From IMG/VR virus record IMGVR_UViG_3300027973_000050: DNA of 64,000 nucleotides, one strand, 5' to 3'. Both the position numbers and the translations under genes were made by a program. Source of the DNA: an uncultured virus (IMG/VR IMGVR_UViG_3300027973_000050). Its lineage: Duplodnaviria; Heunggongvirae; Uroviricota; Caudoviricetes. Below the pieces are notes generated by a model, which saw only the letters and a list, made by a program, of their open reading frames with translations, was not told where the DNA came from and did not search any database. Below are positions 32,938 through 42,596 of the stretch, piece after piece. Numbering within the stretch: position 1 is the first letter of the stretch; each line of letters opens with the position of its first letter.

Positions 32938-34674
32938 TTAGTACTCCCCACAATCAATTATTGTATCAACAAGTTTACCTGCTTTAAGCTCGCCTTCTAC
33001 AGATAAACCTCTATTCATTTGAGTATTTCCCTCAACTACCAACTCTTTCTGTACTGATGTTGAACCTTGAACTGTCAATGATTCACTTAGATCAGTATTT
33101 CCTGTTACATATAGACTGTTATTAACGTCTACAATTCCCTCCACAGTCAATTTACTATTAACTGTGGTATCACCTTCTACGGTTAATTCTTTTTGTACAT
33201 TTGTAACACCATCAACTGTTAAGTTGTTATTAACATTGGTGTCACCTTGATCACTACCAATTTGAATATCTGTGGCTTCGCCAGCAAAATTAACCTTAGT
33301 AGTTGTGTCATTTAATAGATTAAATTCTTCTGTTGATGCCTTTAAATCACCGCCGTCAATATACACATCAGCTGTGACATTTAAATTATTATTAACATTA
33401 GTAAATCCTTCACTGCTACCAATACTAACTGTATTAGCTTCGCCTGCAAAATTTACTGTTTTGGCTGTGGTATTGGCCAAATTAAATTCGTCTGTACTAA
33501 CTGTTAAGTCACCACCATCAATCTGCACATCACCAATAACATCCAAATTATTATTAATATTGGTAGTGCCTTCACTGCTACCAATATTAATATTATCTGC
33601 ACCACCTGCAAAATTTACTGTTTTTGTAATAGCAGTATTCAATAGATTAAATTCTTCTGTGGTAGCATCTAAGTCACCACCATCAATGGTCACATCACCT
33701 GTGACATCTAAATTATTCTTAATATTTGTATAACCAGTATCAGCACCAATATTGATAGTATCTGCACCACCTGCAAAGTTTACTGTTTTTGTAACGGTAG
33801 TGTTCAATAGATTAAATTCTTCTGTGGTAGCATCTAAGTCACCACCATCAATGGTCACATCGCCAACAACATCCAAATTATTATTAATATTGGTAGTGCC
33901 TTCACTGCTACCAATATTGATTGTTTCAGCATCGCCTGCAAAGTTTACTATTGTTGCTGTATCATTAACTAAATTTACTTCAGCAGTCAAAGTATCTATA
34001 TTAAATGTCTGTATTCCTATATCACCCAACGTGATATTTCCAATCACTTGCAATGTGTCAGTGATCTTTGTCGGGCTTGCTATTTCAACAATACCATTTG
34101 CTGATAATCTTATATCCCCAGTTAGATTATAGATAGTATATTCTTCAAGAAGAAGATCACCAACATATACTTGTTGTTGAAAAGTAGAACGCCATCTCTT
34201 TTCAGCTGTTCCTAAATCATATTCGTCTGTGATATTAGGAATTATGTCACTGTTAATATCAGCACCAAATACCACATTGTCAGTATTTTCGTCTCCCAAT
34301 GTCAAATCACCATCTGCTGTGATAGCGCCTGTGGCATGTAAATTGCCATTTATTAAAACATCGTTATTAAATCTAATGTCATCATTAATAGTAGCGGCTT
34401 CAAAAATTAAAGCGCCTGCTGTACTATTAATAACATTATTTTCAATATGGATATCACCAACTTCAAAAGTAGTACCTAAAATGTTAGTACTTCTTGTTGT
34501 TCCATTTACGTCTAGTGTATAGGCTGGATTTGCAGTCTTAATTCCAACCTTATGGTTGTCTCCGTCAGCGTCGCTGACCAGCAGATAAATTAAGTCATTC
34601 TCAAAGCGTAAATTTGTTCCATCACGGAGCAAATTGTCCTTTAAGAGCTGTCCCGAAATACGACCAACGGCCAT
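32938..34674 (-). CDS. Putative fibre/beta-helical virion protein (578 aa) with ~5 tandem 54-55-aa repeats
   Basis: MAVGRISGQLLKDNLLRDG start; KVGIKTANPAYTLDVNG fibre motif; repeats VNFAG..INIGSSEG.TNINNNLDV.GDV.IDGGDL....EFNL. Confidence 0.8.
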   Translation of the reverse strand: MAVGRISGQLLKDNLLRDGTNLRFENDLIYLLVSDADGDNHKVGIKTANPAYTLDVNGTTRSTNILGTTFEVGDIHIENNVINSTAGALIFEAATINDDIRFNNDVLINGNLHATGAITADGDLTLGDENTDNVVFGADINSDIIPNITDEYDLGTAEKRWRSTFQQQVYVGDLLLEEYTIYNLTGDIRLSANGIVEIASPTKITDTLQVIGNITLGDIGIQTFNIDTLTAEVNLVNDTATIVNFAGDAETINIGSSEGTTNINNNLDVVGDVTIDGGDLDATTEEFNLLNTTVTKTVNFAGGADTINIGADTGYTNIKNNLDVTGDVTIDGGDLDATTEEFNLLNTAITKTVNFAGGADNINIGSSEGTTNINNNLDVIGDVQIDGGDLTVSTDEFNLANTTAKTVNFAGEANTVSIGSSEGFTNVNNNLNVTADVYIDGGDLKASTEEFNLLNDTTTKVNFAGEATDIQIGSDQGDTNVNNNLTVDGVTNVQKELTVEGDTTVNSKLTVEGIVDVNNSLYVTGNTDLSESLTVQGSTSVQKELVVEGNTQMNRGLSVEGELKAGKLVDTIIDCGEY

Positions 34675-34790
34675 ACTGCTCCCCTATACCCCGTGTTTCA
34701 CGGTTAACCAAATTTACATCTCTCACGAGTTCTTTGCTGGTTTACCACAGTATAATAGATCAATCAGACCAATTCTGACTGCTCATTTTT
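34675..34790 (-). promoter_or_regulatory. Structured 5' leader (candidate cis-regulatory RNA)
   Basis: Multi-stem junction closed by TATAC/GTATA, with CCGTG-AAA-CACGG and CTC-GTGA-GAG hairpins, abutting the GGGGAG RBS and lying downstream of a late promoter. Confidence 0.5.
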
Positions 34791-34812
34791 ATTTATCAAA
34801 AGACAAAAAAAC

Positions 34813-35394
34813 TTAGTCAAACCCATGTAAAACTGTGACATTTTTACCCATAGGGGGTGGGCTACTGAATCTTAAATATAATCCTGCAGGATATACTTTG
34901 CCTGGTTGCCCTACAAAATCTGTACTTTGAACCGTGTCATAATTAGCATACGCTATCTGCGGCACATTTTCCACATAGACTAATATATTTTTAGGGCCCA
35001 CTGGTTCCTGATCATTTTGACCAATTAAGGGACCAAAATATACTTCTGTGCCATCAACATAGGTAATACCAATCAACTCAGTTTCAGGTGGCGGAGTAAA
35101 CACTTGTTGTACAATGGCTGCTGGAGTTTTAGTTTTTAGTGCATACCAAATGCCTTCTTGTAAAACTTCTAAGGCACGAATACTGGTATTATATCTTAAC
35201 AATCCACTATTATTATATGGTATATTAGGTCTTTGATTTAGTGCAGTGCCTGGTGGTTCCTTAGGATCACCTGTGCCAATTGGCAATGCCAAACTAACTG
35301 TAGACTCCATAATAATTTGCTGATCTACTCTATAAGTAACAGATAGATCTTTTGCTTTTTTATTATTAATCTTATAAGTTTTTAAAAATTTCAT
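34813..35394 (-). CDS. Putative virion structural protein (193 aa)
   Basis: LALPIGT..QRP..GLLRYNT motif of phage fibre/baseplate proteins; ILVYVENVPQ. Confidence 0.7.
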   Translation of the reverse strand: MKFLKTYKINNKKAKDLSVTYRVDQQIIMESTVSLALPIGTGDPKEPPGTALNQRPNIPYNNSGLLRYNTSIRALEVLQEGIWYALKTKTPAAIVQQVFTPPPETELIGITYVDGTEVYFGPLIGQNDQEPVGPKNILVYVENVPQIAYANYDTVQSTDFVGQPGKVYPAGLYLRFSSPPPMGKNVTVLHGFD

Positions 35395-35711
35395 TACGCA
35401 ACCCTGACATAACTCAACGTAGCACTAATACTACCGGCTGGGTCTGCCTTAGCTTGAACAGAATCTCCCGAATCTAAAATGATTTTTTCAGTGTCAAAAG
35501 TAAAAGTGTCACCTGGATTTATTAATAAATTATGAATTATTTTATTATCATTTCTAAAAGTGCCACCATCAGGCACAAGATGTACCTGTAAAATACTATC
35601 ACTGCTAGTAGTATTACAAAAAAACATGCTAGTTATGGCATATTGTTGTCCAGTTACTACTTGGATTATAGGACTAGCAGAGTCACTAAGTAATGTACTT
35701 CTTAAAGTCAT
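35394..35711 (-). CDS. Small beta-sandwich virion protein (105 aa)
   Basis: ITSMFFCNT...KIILDSGDSVQA...ATLSYV; paralog of 14503..14841. Confidence 0.7.
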   Translation of the reverse strand: MTLRSTLLSDSASPIIQVVTGQQYAITSMFFCNTTSSDSILQVHLVPDGGTFRNDNKIIHNLLINPGDTFTFDTEKIILDSGDSVQAKADPAGSISATLSYVRVA

Positions 35712-35720
35712 TTTTATTCC

Positions 35721-36803
35721 TTAAAATATTAATCCGTAAACTAAGGCCTTGGTAGCACTGATCAATTCACCTGCAGATCCTTGATTAATATAATATATGC
35801 CAGTGCCACCAGTCTTCTGTTCTCTTCTTGTATATATCAAACTTTTTCCTACAAGATATATTGGATCTAATTCTTCAGGCGGAGTATCTTTTATGGTTAT
35901 TTTTGATTCAAGATTAATTATGCCATCAGATGGGCTTATAGTAAATGGCGAACTCAATCTTGAATTAGTATTTTCTGTAGTGATGCTTGTGCCAGATATT
36001 CTAATTTTAGATGTACTTGGTGATAATACATCACCAACTAATATACCATCATTGTCCACAATAAATTTAACTCTTTTAAATGTAGACTGCGGATCTGAAA
36101 CTGATATTTGAACTTCAGTTCTTGCATCTGAAGCCTGTGTATCATAAGTTTGTATTCCAGTATTAGTTTTAATAAACGATCCGCCAACGTTTTTATACCT
36201 ATACATTTTTTCAATAAGAGCATTACCTGCTTCAGCAGCAACATAATTTGTTAAAAATGCTAAGTTTGGAATATCATTACCTTCACTTATCCTATCTTGA
36301 TAGGGATTACTTGTAGGATCTATCCTAACTGATAACACCCCGCTATCACCTAAATCAAATATTAAACTACTAAAATTTCTGGTGGCACTGCCAGTAGTTA
36401 TATTATTAATTTGTAAGCCAACAAGATCATTATTACTATTTTTTAGTACAAAACTACCATCAACTCTAGTACCTAGCACTGGATTGTAATGACTTATTTC
36501 CTCATCAAAAAACATTTGAGCTGCATATTTGTCTGGGTTAACACCCCTTTGAATCATTATGCCAGCTTGCCCATCATTTAAAGTTCTAGAAATTCCATTA
36601 GTGCCCTTATCACCTCTGTTTAATTCAATGATGTTATCTTCAACTTGCATGTCAGTGACGTTGACATAGTTGGCAACGCCAGTGACATTTAAGCTTCCAA
36701 TGATAGTGACCTGCCCTGTTTCACCAGTGTCAAGTTTAATTTCACTGCCATTTTTGGCAATGATTTTATAGCCACCTTCTTGAATTCTTAGAACTTTTGA
36801 CAT
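35721..36803 (-). CDS. Putative virion structural protein (360 aa)
   Basis: GSLNVTG..VNVTDMQVEDNIIELN..AGIMIQRG fibre-type motif. Confidence 0.7.
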   Translation of the reverse strand: MSKVLRIQEGGYKIIAKNGSEIKLDTGETGQVTIIGSLNVTGVANYVNVTDMQVEDNIIELNRGDKGTNGISRTLNDGQAGIMIQRGVNPDKYAAQMFFDEEISHYNPVLGTRVDGSFVLKNSNNDLVGLQINNITTGSATRNFSSLIFDLGDSGVLSVRIDPTSNPYQDRISEGNDIPNLAFLTNYVAAEAGNALIEKMYRYKNVGGSFIKTNTGIQTYDTQASDARTEVQISVSDPQSTFKRVKFIVDNDGILVGDVLSPSTSKIRISGTSITTENTNSRLSSPFTISPSDGIINLESKITIKDTPPEELDPIYLVGKSLIYTRREQKTGGTGIYYINQGSAGELISATKALVYGLIF

Positions 36804-36804
36804 A

Positions 36805-37212
36805 TTAGGTCGTTGGGGTTAATACAATAAAATCACCTGTACTATCTTGGTAGTTACTTAGATACCATGTATATGTGTTCCCACTAAAATCAGTGGCCAA
36901 TCTCTTGGTCAATTTGGCAATGGCAATTGATCCTGCTGAGGGTGTGTATCCTGGTGTAGGTGTTTTTGCTGTATCTGTAGAACCGGTGATTAAAATATCA
37001 CCATCACTGACCACACTTGCAGCTAATACACCAGTTTGAAATGTTGTGCCATCTCTTGAAACAACATAAGTTTTTGCACCACGTTGTTTAACAATCCAAT
37101 AACCATTATTAGATATACCGTTAAACCTGCCTGCTACTCTAATACCTGCATCACCTGTGAATGTGCCAATTACCTTGACACCGTTAATATCTTTACTTAG
37201 TGGACGTCCCAT
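36805..37212 (-). CDS. Hypothetical virion protein (MGRPL N-terminus, 135 aa)
   Basis: Strong AGGAG RBS, own late promoter and a structured leader. Confidence 0.7.
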   Translation of the reverse strand: MGRPLSKDINGVKVIGTFTGDAGIRVAGRFNGISNNGYWIVKQRGAKTYVVSRDGTTFQTGVLAASVVSDGDILITGSTDTAKTPTPGYTPSAGSIAIAKLTKRLATDFSGNTYTWYLSNYQDSTGDFIVLTPTT

Positions 37213-37283
37213 TTTTTTCTCCTTTTAATGGCGTTCTAGGCCTACGGGGCGGGAACCCCATAATTATCTAGACAAATTATTTA

Positions 37284-37964
37284 TCAATACTGTCTAGTTA
37301 GATGCTTGCCGTCTGTATGATATATTGTGGGAGGATGACCCATTGGGCCGTACATAGCACCGCGAATTGGGCTGGCTGTTAAAAATTCTTCCAAACCATA
37401 AGCGCCGCTAAATCTTACATAATGTGTATGACGTGCTGCCTCATCTCGCCAGCGTTTTCTATTAATAATATGAGGATTGTTGCTGACACAATCGGTTGTG
37501 CAAAAATCAAAAACTTTTCCTTTAACTTCTACCACATTCAAATCCATGCCTCTAGATGCTATTATGTCATCTTGATTGCCTTCTTCTTTTCTATTGAATC
37601 TTAAATGTAAAATGTCGTCTTTACGCATACCATCTACAATTTGTGGCAAAGTATGTTTGATATTTTTAGCAAGAAAATCCCAGTCATGCTCTAACATAAA
37701 CAAAAATTCAGCATTACTAGTATTAACAGCCATATGATATCCATGACTCATTCCACCAACTTCATGATTAACAATGGGGAATATTTTTTTTAAATTATTA
37801 ATATATTCTTCTGATGCTTCTACATTGGGATTACGATCACACCAAACTGTGGTTTTTACCTTATATTTGAAAGTATCTATAAAGGACTTATAGGTATTTT
37901 CAATATGAGTAGTTGATGGTGCATGTACTGTGGAATTAGTAAAAATATGTAGTTCAATTATCAT
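37284..37964 (-). CDS. Putative GT-A fold glycosyltransferase
   Basis: FLFMLEHDWDF (DxD-like motif after a beta strand), SNNPHI, C-terminal HTDG, consistent with GT2-like enzymes. Confidence 0.55.
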   Translation of the reverse strand: MIIELHIFTNSTVHAPSTTHIENTYKSFIDTFKYKVKTTVWCDRNPNVEASEEYINNLKKIFPIVNHEVGGMSHGYHMAVNTSNAEFLFMLEHDWDFLAKNIKHTLPQIVDGMRKDDILHLRFNRKEEGNQDDIIASRGMDLNVVEVKGKVFDFCTTDCVSNNPHIINRKRWRDEAARHTHYVRFSGAYGLEEFLTASPIRGAMYGPMGHPPTIYHTDGKHLTRQY

Positions 37965-37984
37965 GCACTTATTTATTCAGTCAT

Positions 37985-38012
37985 AAAAAAGGCACTACGA
38001 ATAGTGCCTTTT
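37985..38012 (-). terminator. Rho-independent terminator after the major capsid gene
   Basis: Minus strand GGCACTA-TTCG-TAGTGCC followed by TTTTTT. Confidence 0.9.
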
Positions 38013-38038
38013 AAAAGTCGCTCATTGACTAATACAGA

Positions 38039-39217
38039 TTAGCTGAACTTAACGTTACCGCTATTAATACCTACTTTGCCTAGGTAGTCTGCTGCATTAC
38101 CAAGAGAACTTGCTGTGTTGGAAAGTTCAACATATCCGTAACGTGTCATAAAGCTTACGACTGGTTCGAATGTTGTTGGATCTAGTACAACACCACTGCT
38201 CATCAATGGAATGTATGGGCAATAGAATGCTGCTGCATCACTTTCACTTGTACCTTTGTATCCAATAAGGATATCAGCGGTATCTTGAGCATATGTGTTA
38301 ACATAAATCTTCATTGCGCCGTTTAGTGTACCAACAAACTTGGTGTTTGTTGGAGCTTCGAATGTACCTTCAGTGGTACGTGCAAAAGCTGATGTTGTTG
38401 CGCTTTGTAGAATTGTTAGTGTAAATGGACTTACAACTGCCCAGTTACCAGCGCCACGACGTGTACGCTGTGCAATGATGTTTGCAACACGATTGATTTG
38501 AACTGCTAGAGCAGCATGTTCGTCACCAACGAATGTGGCTGTACCACTGACCTGTGCTTGGTTATATGTCAACGCTGCTGTACCTGCCAAGCTGTTTAGG
38601 CTTGCTAGGATCTCTTGGTCAATCTCAGCAGTAATTTCTTGTGCTAGAGCTGCCATGATTTCAGCTTCGATATCAATACCTTGCTGTGCTTGTGCGTCTT
38701 GAGCTGCCTCAAATGTCCAACGAGCTGATAGCTTACGTGTCTTAGCTTCAACTGTTTGCTTGAGGATTTGAATGCTCATACGCTTTCCAGCTACGCCTTC
38801 AAGAGCCGCTGTACTTGCAGCCTTACCAGTGCTAGCACCGGAATACTGCTCAGCAATCTTGAATGGGCTTAGTGCCTCTTCACCTGCTGTTACACCAACA
38901 ACGTCGCCATTGGCATTAACGCTGTCGCTATAACGAACACGTAGAGTATGGATTTGACCAACTGGTCCAGTCATTGGTTGTACGCCTAGTAACTCGTTAG
39001 CAATAACGGTTGGCATAACACGACGGATTACTGGAAGAATCACGCGGTTTAAAGTTGCTACGTTGCCGGCAGAGGTACCACCAGCTGTTGCGCTCTCTGC
39101 CAAATACTTACGTGTATTTTCTAAAGTAACACCCATCACTGATTTCTTTGTACCTTGAAGACCTTCTAGTAGGGCCTCTTTGGTCTCCTGCCAACGACTT
39201 GTTAGTAGTTGTGACAT
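38039..39217 (-). CDS. gp23: Major capsid protein (T4 gp23-like)
   Basis: VQPMTGPVGQI, KTRKLSARWTFEAAQD, EIDQEIL, FYCPYIPL and MTRYG motifs. Confidence 0.95.
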   Translation of the reverse strand: MSQLLTSRWQETKEALLEGLQGTKKSVMGVTLENTRKYLAESATAGGTSAGNVATLNRVILPVIRRVMPTVIANELLGVQPMTGPVGQIHTLRVRYSDSVNANGDVVGVTAGEEALSPFKIAEQYSGASTGKAASTAALEGVAGKRMSIQILKQTVEAKTRKLSARWTFEAAQDAQAQQGIDIEAEIMAALAQEITAEIDQEILASLNSLAGTAALTYNQAQVSGTATFVGDEHAALAVQINRVANIIAQRTRRGAGNWAVVSPFTLTILQSATTSAFARTTEGTFEAPTNTKFVGTLNGAMKIYVNTYAQDTADILIGYKGTSESDAAAFYCPYIPLMSSGVVLDPTTFEPVVSFMTRYGYVELSNTASSLGNAADYLGKVGINSGNVKFS

Positions 39218-39233
39218 TATATAATCTCCTTAA

Positions 39234-40331
39234 TTATAGTCCAGCCAGGCGACGGATATCAACGATGTTACTATCGGGCTCGCTGCTGATTGTTGTTGTT
39301 TCTTTGGTAAACTTGTTACCGGTAATTTCTTTTGCCTCTACAAGTGCCTGTCTTTTCTTTGGAGCACCGCCACCGTCGATAACGGTTGGCAAATACTTGT
39401 TAAAACTTTCATTCAATCTCTGAGTTTGAACAGTTTCCAAAAGCTCGCTCATAATTCCCTTTTGTTCTGAGTTCAATGGAGCCAATAGCTCACTCATGAT
39501 TGCCTTTCTTTGAATATTTTCTCTTAGTACACGAATTTCTGTCTGTTTGCTTTCAATGACCTTTTGAGCCTTTGATAGTACAGTATGTGCTTCAGCGATC
39601 TCATAGTCCTTTTTATTAACGACTTTGAGTAATTTACTTGTTTCTGATTTCTCATTCAAGTAACTAGCTTGATATTCATTACTAAACGCTTCAAATATTC
39701 TACGTCCAAAATCTGCCCTTCTTGCTGATTCAATGTCTTCTTTTAGCTGCACTAATTCTTTATTCAAGTTATTAGTAACTAACCCTTCAACCATTACAGC
39801 AGCACGTTTGACAAACTGTTTCTTCATCTGACCTAATGCAGCACGACCTTCCTTGATCAACTTGACCTTGGTAGCTGCTAGATCTTTCTTATCTGCATAA
39901 AATTCCGCAATTTCATTAGCAAGTGCTTCTACTACAAATTCTTCTAATTTAAAGAACTTACTGGCCATAGCTTTTTGGTCTTCATGCAATTCTTTGACTT
40001 CGCCAGCTAAACTTCTAAGAACGAATTCTTTTAATTTTTTACTGTCTTGTTTCATCTTAACTGCATACTTGGCCTTAGCTTCAATAAGTTGGGCACGATC
40101 TTCAGCAAACTCAGCAATTTCAGGAGCCAACTGATCACCGATCATACGATCGATTGCTTCGATCATGACTTGACGGTCATGGTCATAGCGTTGACTAAAT
40201 TCTTCTCTAAGTTGTTGAGTCACTTGTTCACGGTTCTCGGCAATGCGAGCCTCCCATGCTTCCTCAATTTGTACTCTTACACTCTCACTAACCACATTGT
40301 TTTCAAATAAGCCTTTCAATACGTCCAACAT
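39234..40331 (-). CDS. Prohead scaffold/core protein (gp22-like)
   Basis: Coiled-coil, Glu/Lys-rich, located between protease and capsid genes. Confidence 0.75.
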   Translation of the reverse strand: MLDVLKGLFENNVVSESVRVQIEEAWEARIAENREQVTQQLREEFSQRYDHDRQVMIEAIDRMIGDQLAPEIAEFAEDRAQLIEAKAKYAVKMKQDSKKLKEFVLRSLAGEVKELHEDQKAMASKFFKLEEFVVEALANEIAEFYADKKDLAATKVKLIKEGRAALGQMKKQFVKRAAVMVEGLVTNNLNKELVQLKEDIESARRADFGRRIFEAFSNEYQASYLNEKSETSKLLKVVNKKDYEIAEAHTVLSKAQKVIESKQTEIRVLRENIQRKAIMSELLAPLNSEQKGIMSELLETVQTQRLNESFNKYLPTVIDGGGAPKKRQALVEAKEITGNKFTKETTTISSEPDSNIVDIRRLAGL

Positions 40332-40343
40332 GTGATTCTCCTT

Positions 40344-40970
40344 TTATTGGAGTTTGCTTATTATTTTTAATAAGCTCTCTTTGATGTATTTTTGTGCTTT
40401 TGGATCACCCTTGACCTCTTTCGCTATGCGTAAAGCATTATGGCCACCTCTAGCGTTCATGATATGTTCATAAATTGGTGTGGGATATGCTCCAGGAGCA
40501 CTAGGTTGAGCCACCACATCTACTGTGATAATCTCAAAATCGCTGACTTTGCCAGTTCCATCACCGCTGACATTGCCAGAACCTCTGCTTGATACTCCCA
40601 ACTTGACTCCACTTTCCAACATAGTACGCACTAGTTGGCCCATGGGTGTTGGCAATATCTTGAATTTTCCATAACCATTTGGACCGTCCATCCACATTTC
40701 AGTAATCATGTGTGACACACGGTCCAAATTGATCTTTAAGTCATCTGGATGATCTACTTCGCCCAAAACGCTATATCCGCCTGTAATTTGATCATTCAAA
40801 GTTTTGACAGCTCTTTCAATTTCATCTACAGGATATACTCTCTGGTTGGCATTTTTGATGCCGCCTTGAATGCAGATACCCTTCATGTAAAGGTTTTTGC
40901 CGTCTTGGCCGTCAGATTCGACCACCATACGGGCTTGGTCGAAACTGAGATTTTCACGTAAGTAGTTCAT
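40344..40970 (-). CDS. gp21: Prohead core protease (T4 gp21-like)
   Basis: NANQRVYP, LGEVDHP, VSHMI, ILPTPMG, GVSSRGSG, DVVAQPSAPGAY. Confidence 0.95.
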   Translation of the reverse strand: MNYLRENLSFDQARMVVESDGQDGKNLYMKGICIQGGIKNANQRVYPVDEIERAVKTLNDQITGGYSVLGEVDHPDDLKINLDRVSHMITEMWMDGPNGYGKFKILPTPMGQLVRTMLESGVKLGVSSRGSGNVSGDGTGKVSDFEIITVDVVAQPSAPGAYPTPIYEHIMNARGGHNALRIAKEVKGDPKAQKYIKESLLKIISKLQ

Positions 40971-40978
40971 CTATCTTT

Positions 40979-41932
40979 TTACTTTGCTCTTCCTGGAGCG
41001 CCATTGATTGGACTGTCAGCACTTCTGTCACCATTGTCACCTGTGCTCTTCTTCTCAGCCCCGTGTCCTGGCTCTTTCTTCTTAAATGCTGTTTTACCAG
41101 CTTTTCCACCTGGAACATTAATATTTCCGCCATCTTGTAGCTGTGGCTTACCACCTTTGAATACTCCAGTGCCTTTCAATTGTCCTTGATTAGCAAATGT
41201 TGGAGTTTCTGTACCGCCTTGATTTAAATTCTTAGCTGTACCGCCCATGTCATTCTTACCAGCTACGATTGACTTGGTGTTTACACCGTCGTCGCCCATT
41301 TTACCAAAGCTAGTATAGTCTTTGCCACCGCCAACTTTTTCTACATATTCACGAATAAAGTCTTCGTCAGTCTTTTCATCATCTTCGTCTTCGTCATCTT
41401 CATCACGCTTCTCGAAGTACATGCTTTCTTCTTCGCCTTCTTCCTCTTCTTCTTCACCACCAAAGTCGTCGCCGCCCATGTCGTCGCCGCCTTCCTCGCC
41501 TTCTTCACCGCCCATTAGGCTTTCAAACTCATCCTTAAGGGCCTCTAATTCTGCTTCTAGGTCGTCTAAACGATCACCTAGTTCTTCTTCACCGCCCATG
41601 CCCATTTCGTCATCGCCGCCAAACTCATCATCGCCCATGTCGCCCATGTCATCGCCGCCCATGTCATCATCAGATTCAACATCACCTAACATGTCGTCAG
41701 CTTCGTCACCGCCCATGGCTTCCTCTGGACTCATGCCTACGTCCATATCTTCTTCAGGCTCCATTTCCATGCTTTCTTCTGTTTCTTCTTCTTCAAAATC
41801 ATCGGCTAATAGGTTCTCATAAATCTCACGGGATTTAGCTACTACGATGTCATGAAATAATTCTCGTGCTTTGGCCTCATTGTCATTGATAAGGTGCTCA
41901 AGCATCTGCTCGAATTTTGAACGATCTGTCAT
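40979..41932 (-). CDS. Highly acidic prohead core-like protein (317 aa)
   Basis: Long D/E/G/M-rich tract; position between portal and protease like T4 gp67/gp68. Confidence 0.65.
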   Translation of the reverse strand: MTDRSKFEQMLEHLINDNEAKARELFHDIVVAKSREIYENLLADDFEEEETEESMEMEPEEDMDVGMSPEEAMGGDEADDMLGDVESDDDMGGDDMGDMGDDEFGGDDEMGMGGEEELGDRLDDLEAELEALKDEFESLMGGEEGEEGGDDMGGDDFGGEEEEEEGEEESMYFEKRDEDDEDEDDEKTDEDFIREYVEKVGGGKDYTSFGKMGDDGVNTKSIVAGKNDMGGTAKNLNQGGTETPTFANQGQLKGTGVFKGGKPQLQDGGNINVPGGKAGKTAFKKKEPGHGAEKKSTGDNGDRSADSPINGAPGRAK

Positions 41933-42008
41933 TTTGTTCTCCTATAGGTAATGAGCTGTCAAGTATATTTACATATAACTGTAAAAATTGGTTGATAATG
42001 ATGTGATT

Positions 42009-42596
42009 TTAACGTATTTTTTCCCAGCTGGACATTATGTCCCTAAAATCATTAAAAAATAGTCGTTTATAATTATCATAACGCCAAGGTGGATCAAAAA
42101 AAGTCTCCACATTGACTCTATAATATTTTACTGTGCTGTTGTCTTTTATTATTTTTTCAGTTTGTCTAAGCCAATTACCATGGTAGGTAGCTGGGTCTGA
42201 ACTCTTTTTATAATTGTTTGTGTTGGCATAGACATTATTGATTTTGCCTTTGAGACCTTCATAATCAAAACCAAAAATATAGACCTCATCAGGTCTATGA
42301 CTAGTAGCTAGATTTAATGCTGTTGGGCCACTGCTCCAACCTAAATTAGGTTCAAAGTAATTAAATTTTTCGTAATTTTTGTAATTAGGGATATAATTAG
42401 TCCATACTTGATTAGTCAATTGATACTTACTTTCATTTATTTCATTGACCATCTTACTGTCCACAGCCACAAGATAATCTGGACTAAAATCTCTGTAAAC
42501 TGCATTACAGGCGTAGATTAGTCCATATGGCTTAACTTCATCAAATCCCATGTTAAGTCGTGTTCGACCATTGCCAAACACGAAACTTCTTTTCAT
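42009..42596 (-). CDS. Maf/DUF115/Cst-II-like sugar-transferase-fold protein
   Basis: FVFGNG, YACN, PDYLVAVD, WSSGPTALNLA, VYIFGFD pattern. Confidence 0.5.
   Translation of the reverse strand: MKRSFVFGNGRTRLNMGFDEVKPYGLIYACNAVYRDFSPDYLVAVDSKMVNEINESKYQLTNQVWTNYIPNYKNYEKFNYFEPNLGWSSGPTALNLATSHRPDEVYIFGFDYEGLKGKINNVYANTNNYKKSSDPATYHGNWLRQTEKIIKDNSTVKYYRVNVETFFDPPWRYDNYKRLFFNDFRDIMSSWEKIR

Noticed and set aside
15956..34522. Plus-strand ORFs of 60-150 aa opposite the giant and fibre genes
   Set aside because: Antisense shadows caused by codon bias of long minus-strand genes; no RBS or recognisable motifs.
41322..41822. Ser/Pro-rich 166-aa plus-strand ORF
   Set aside because: Antisense of the Glu/Asp/Gly-rich core protein.
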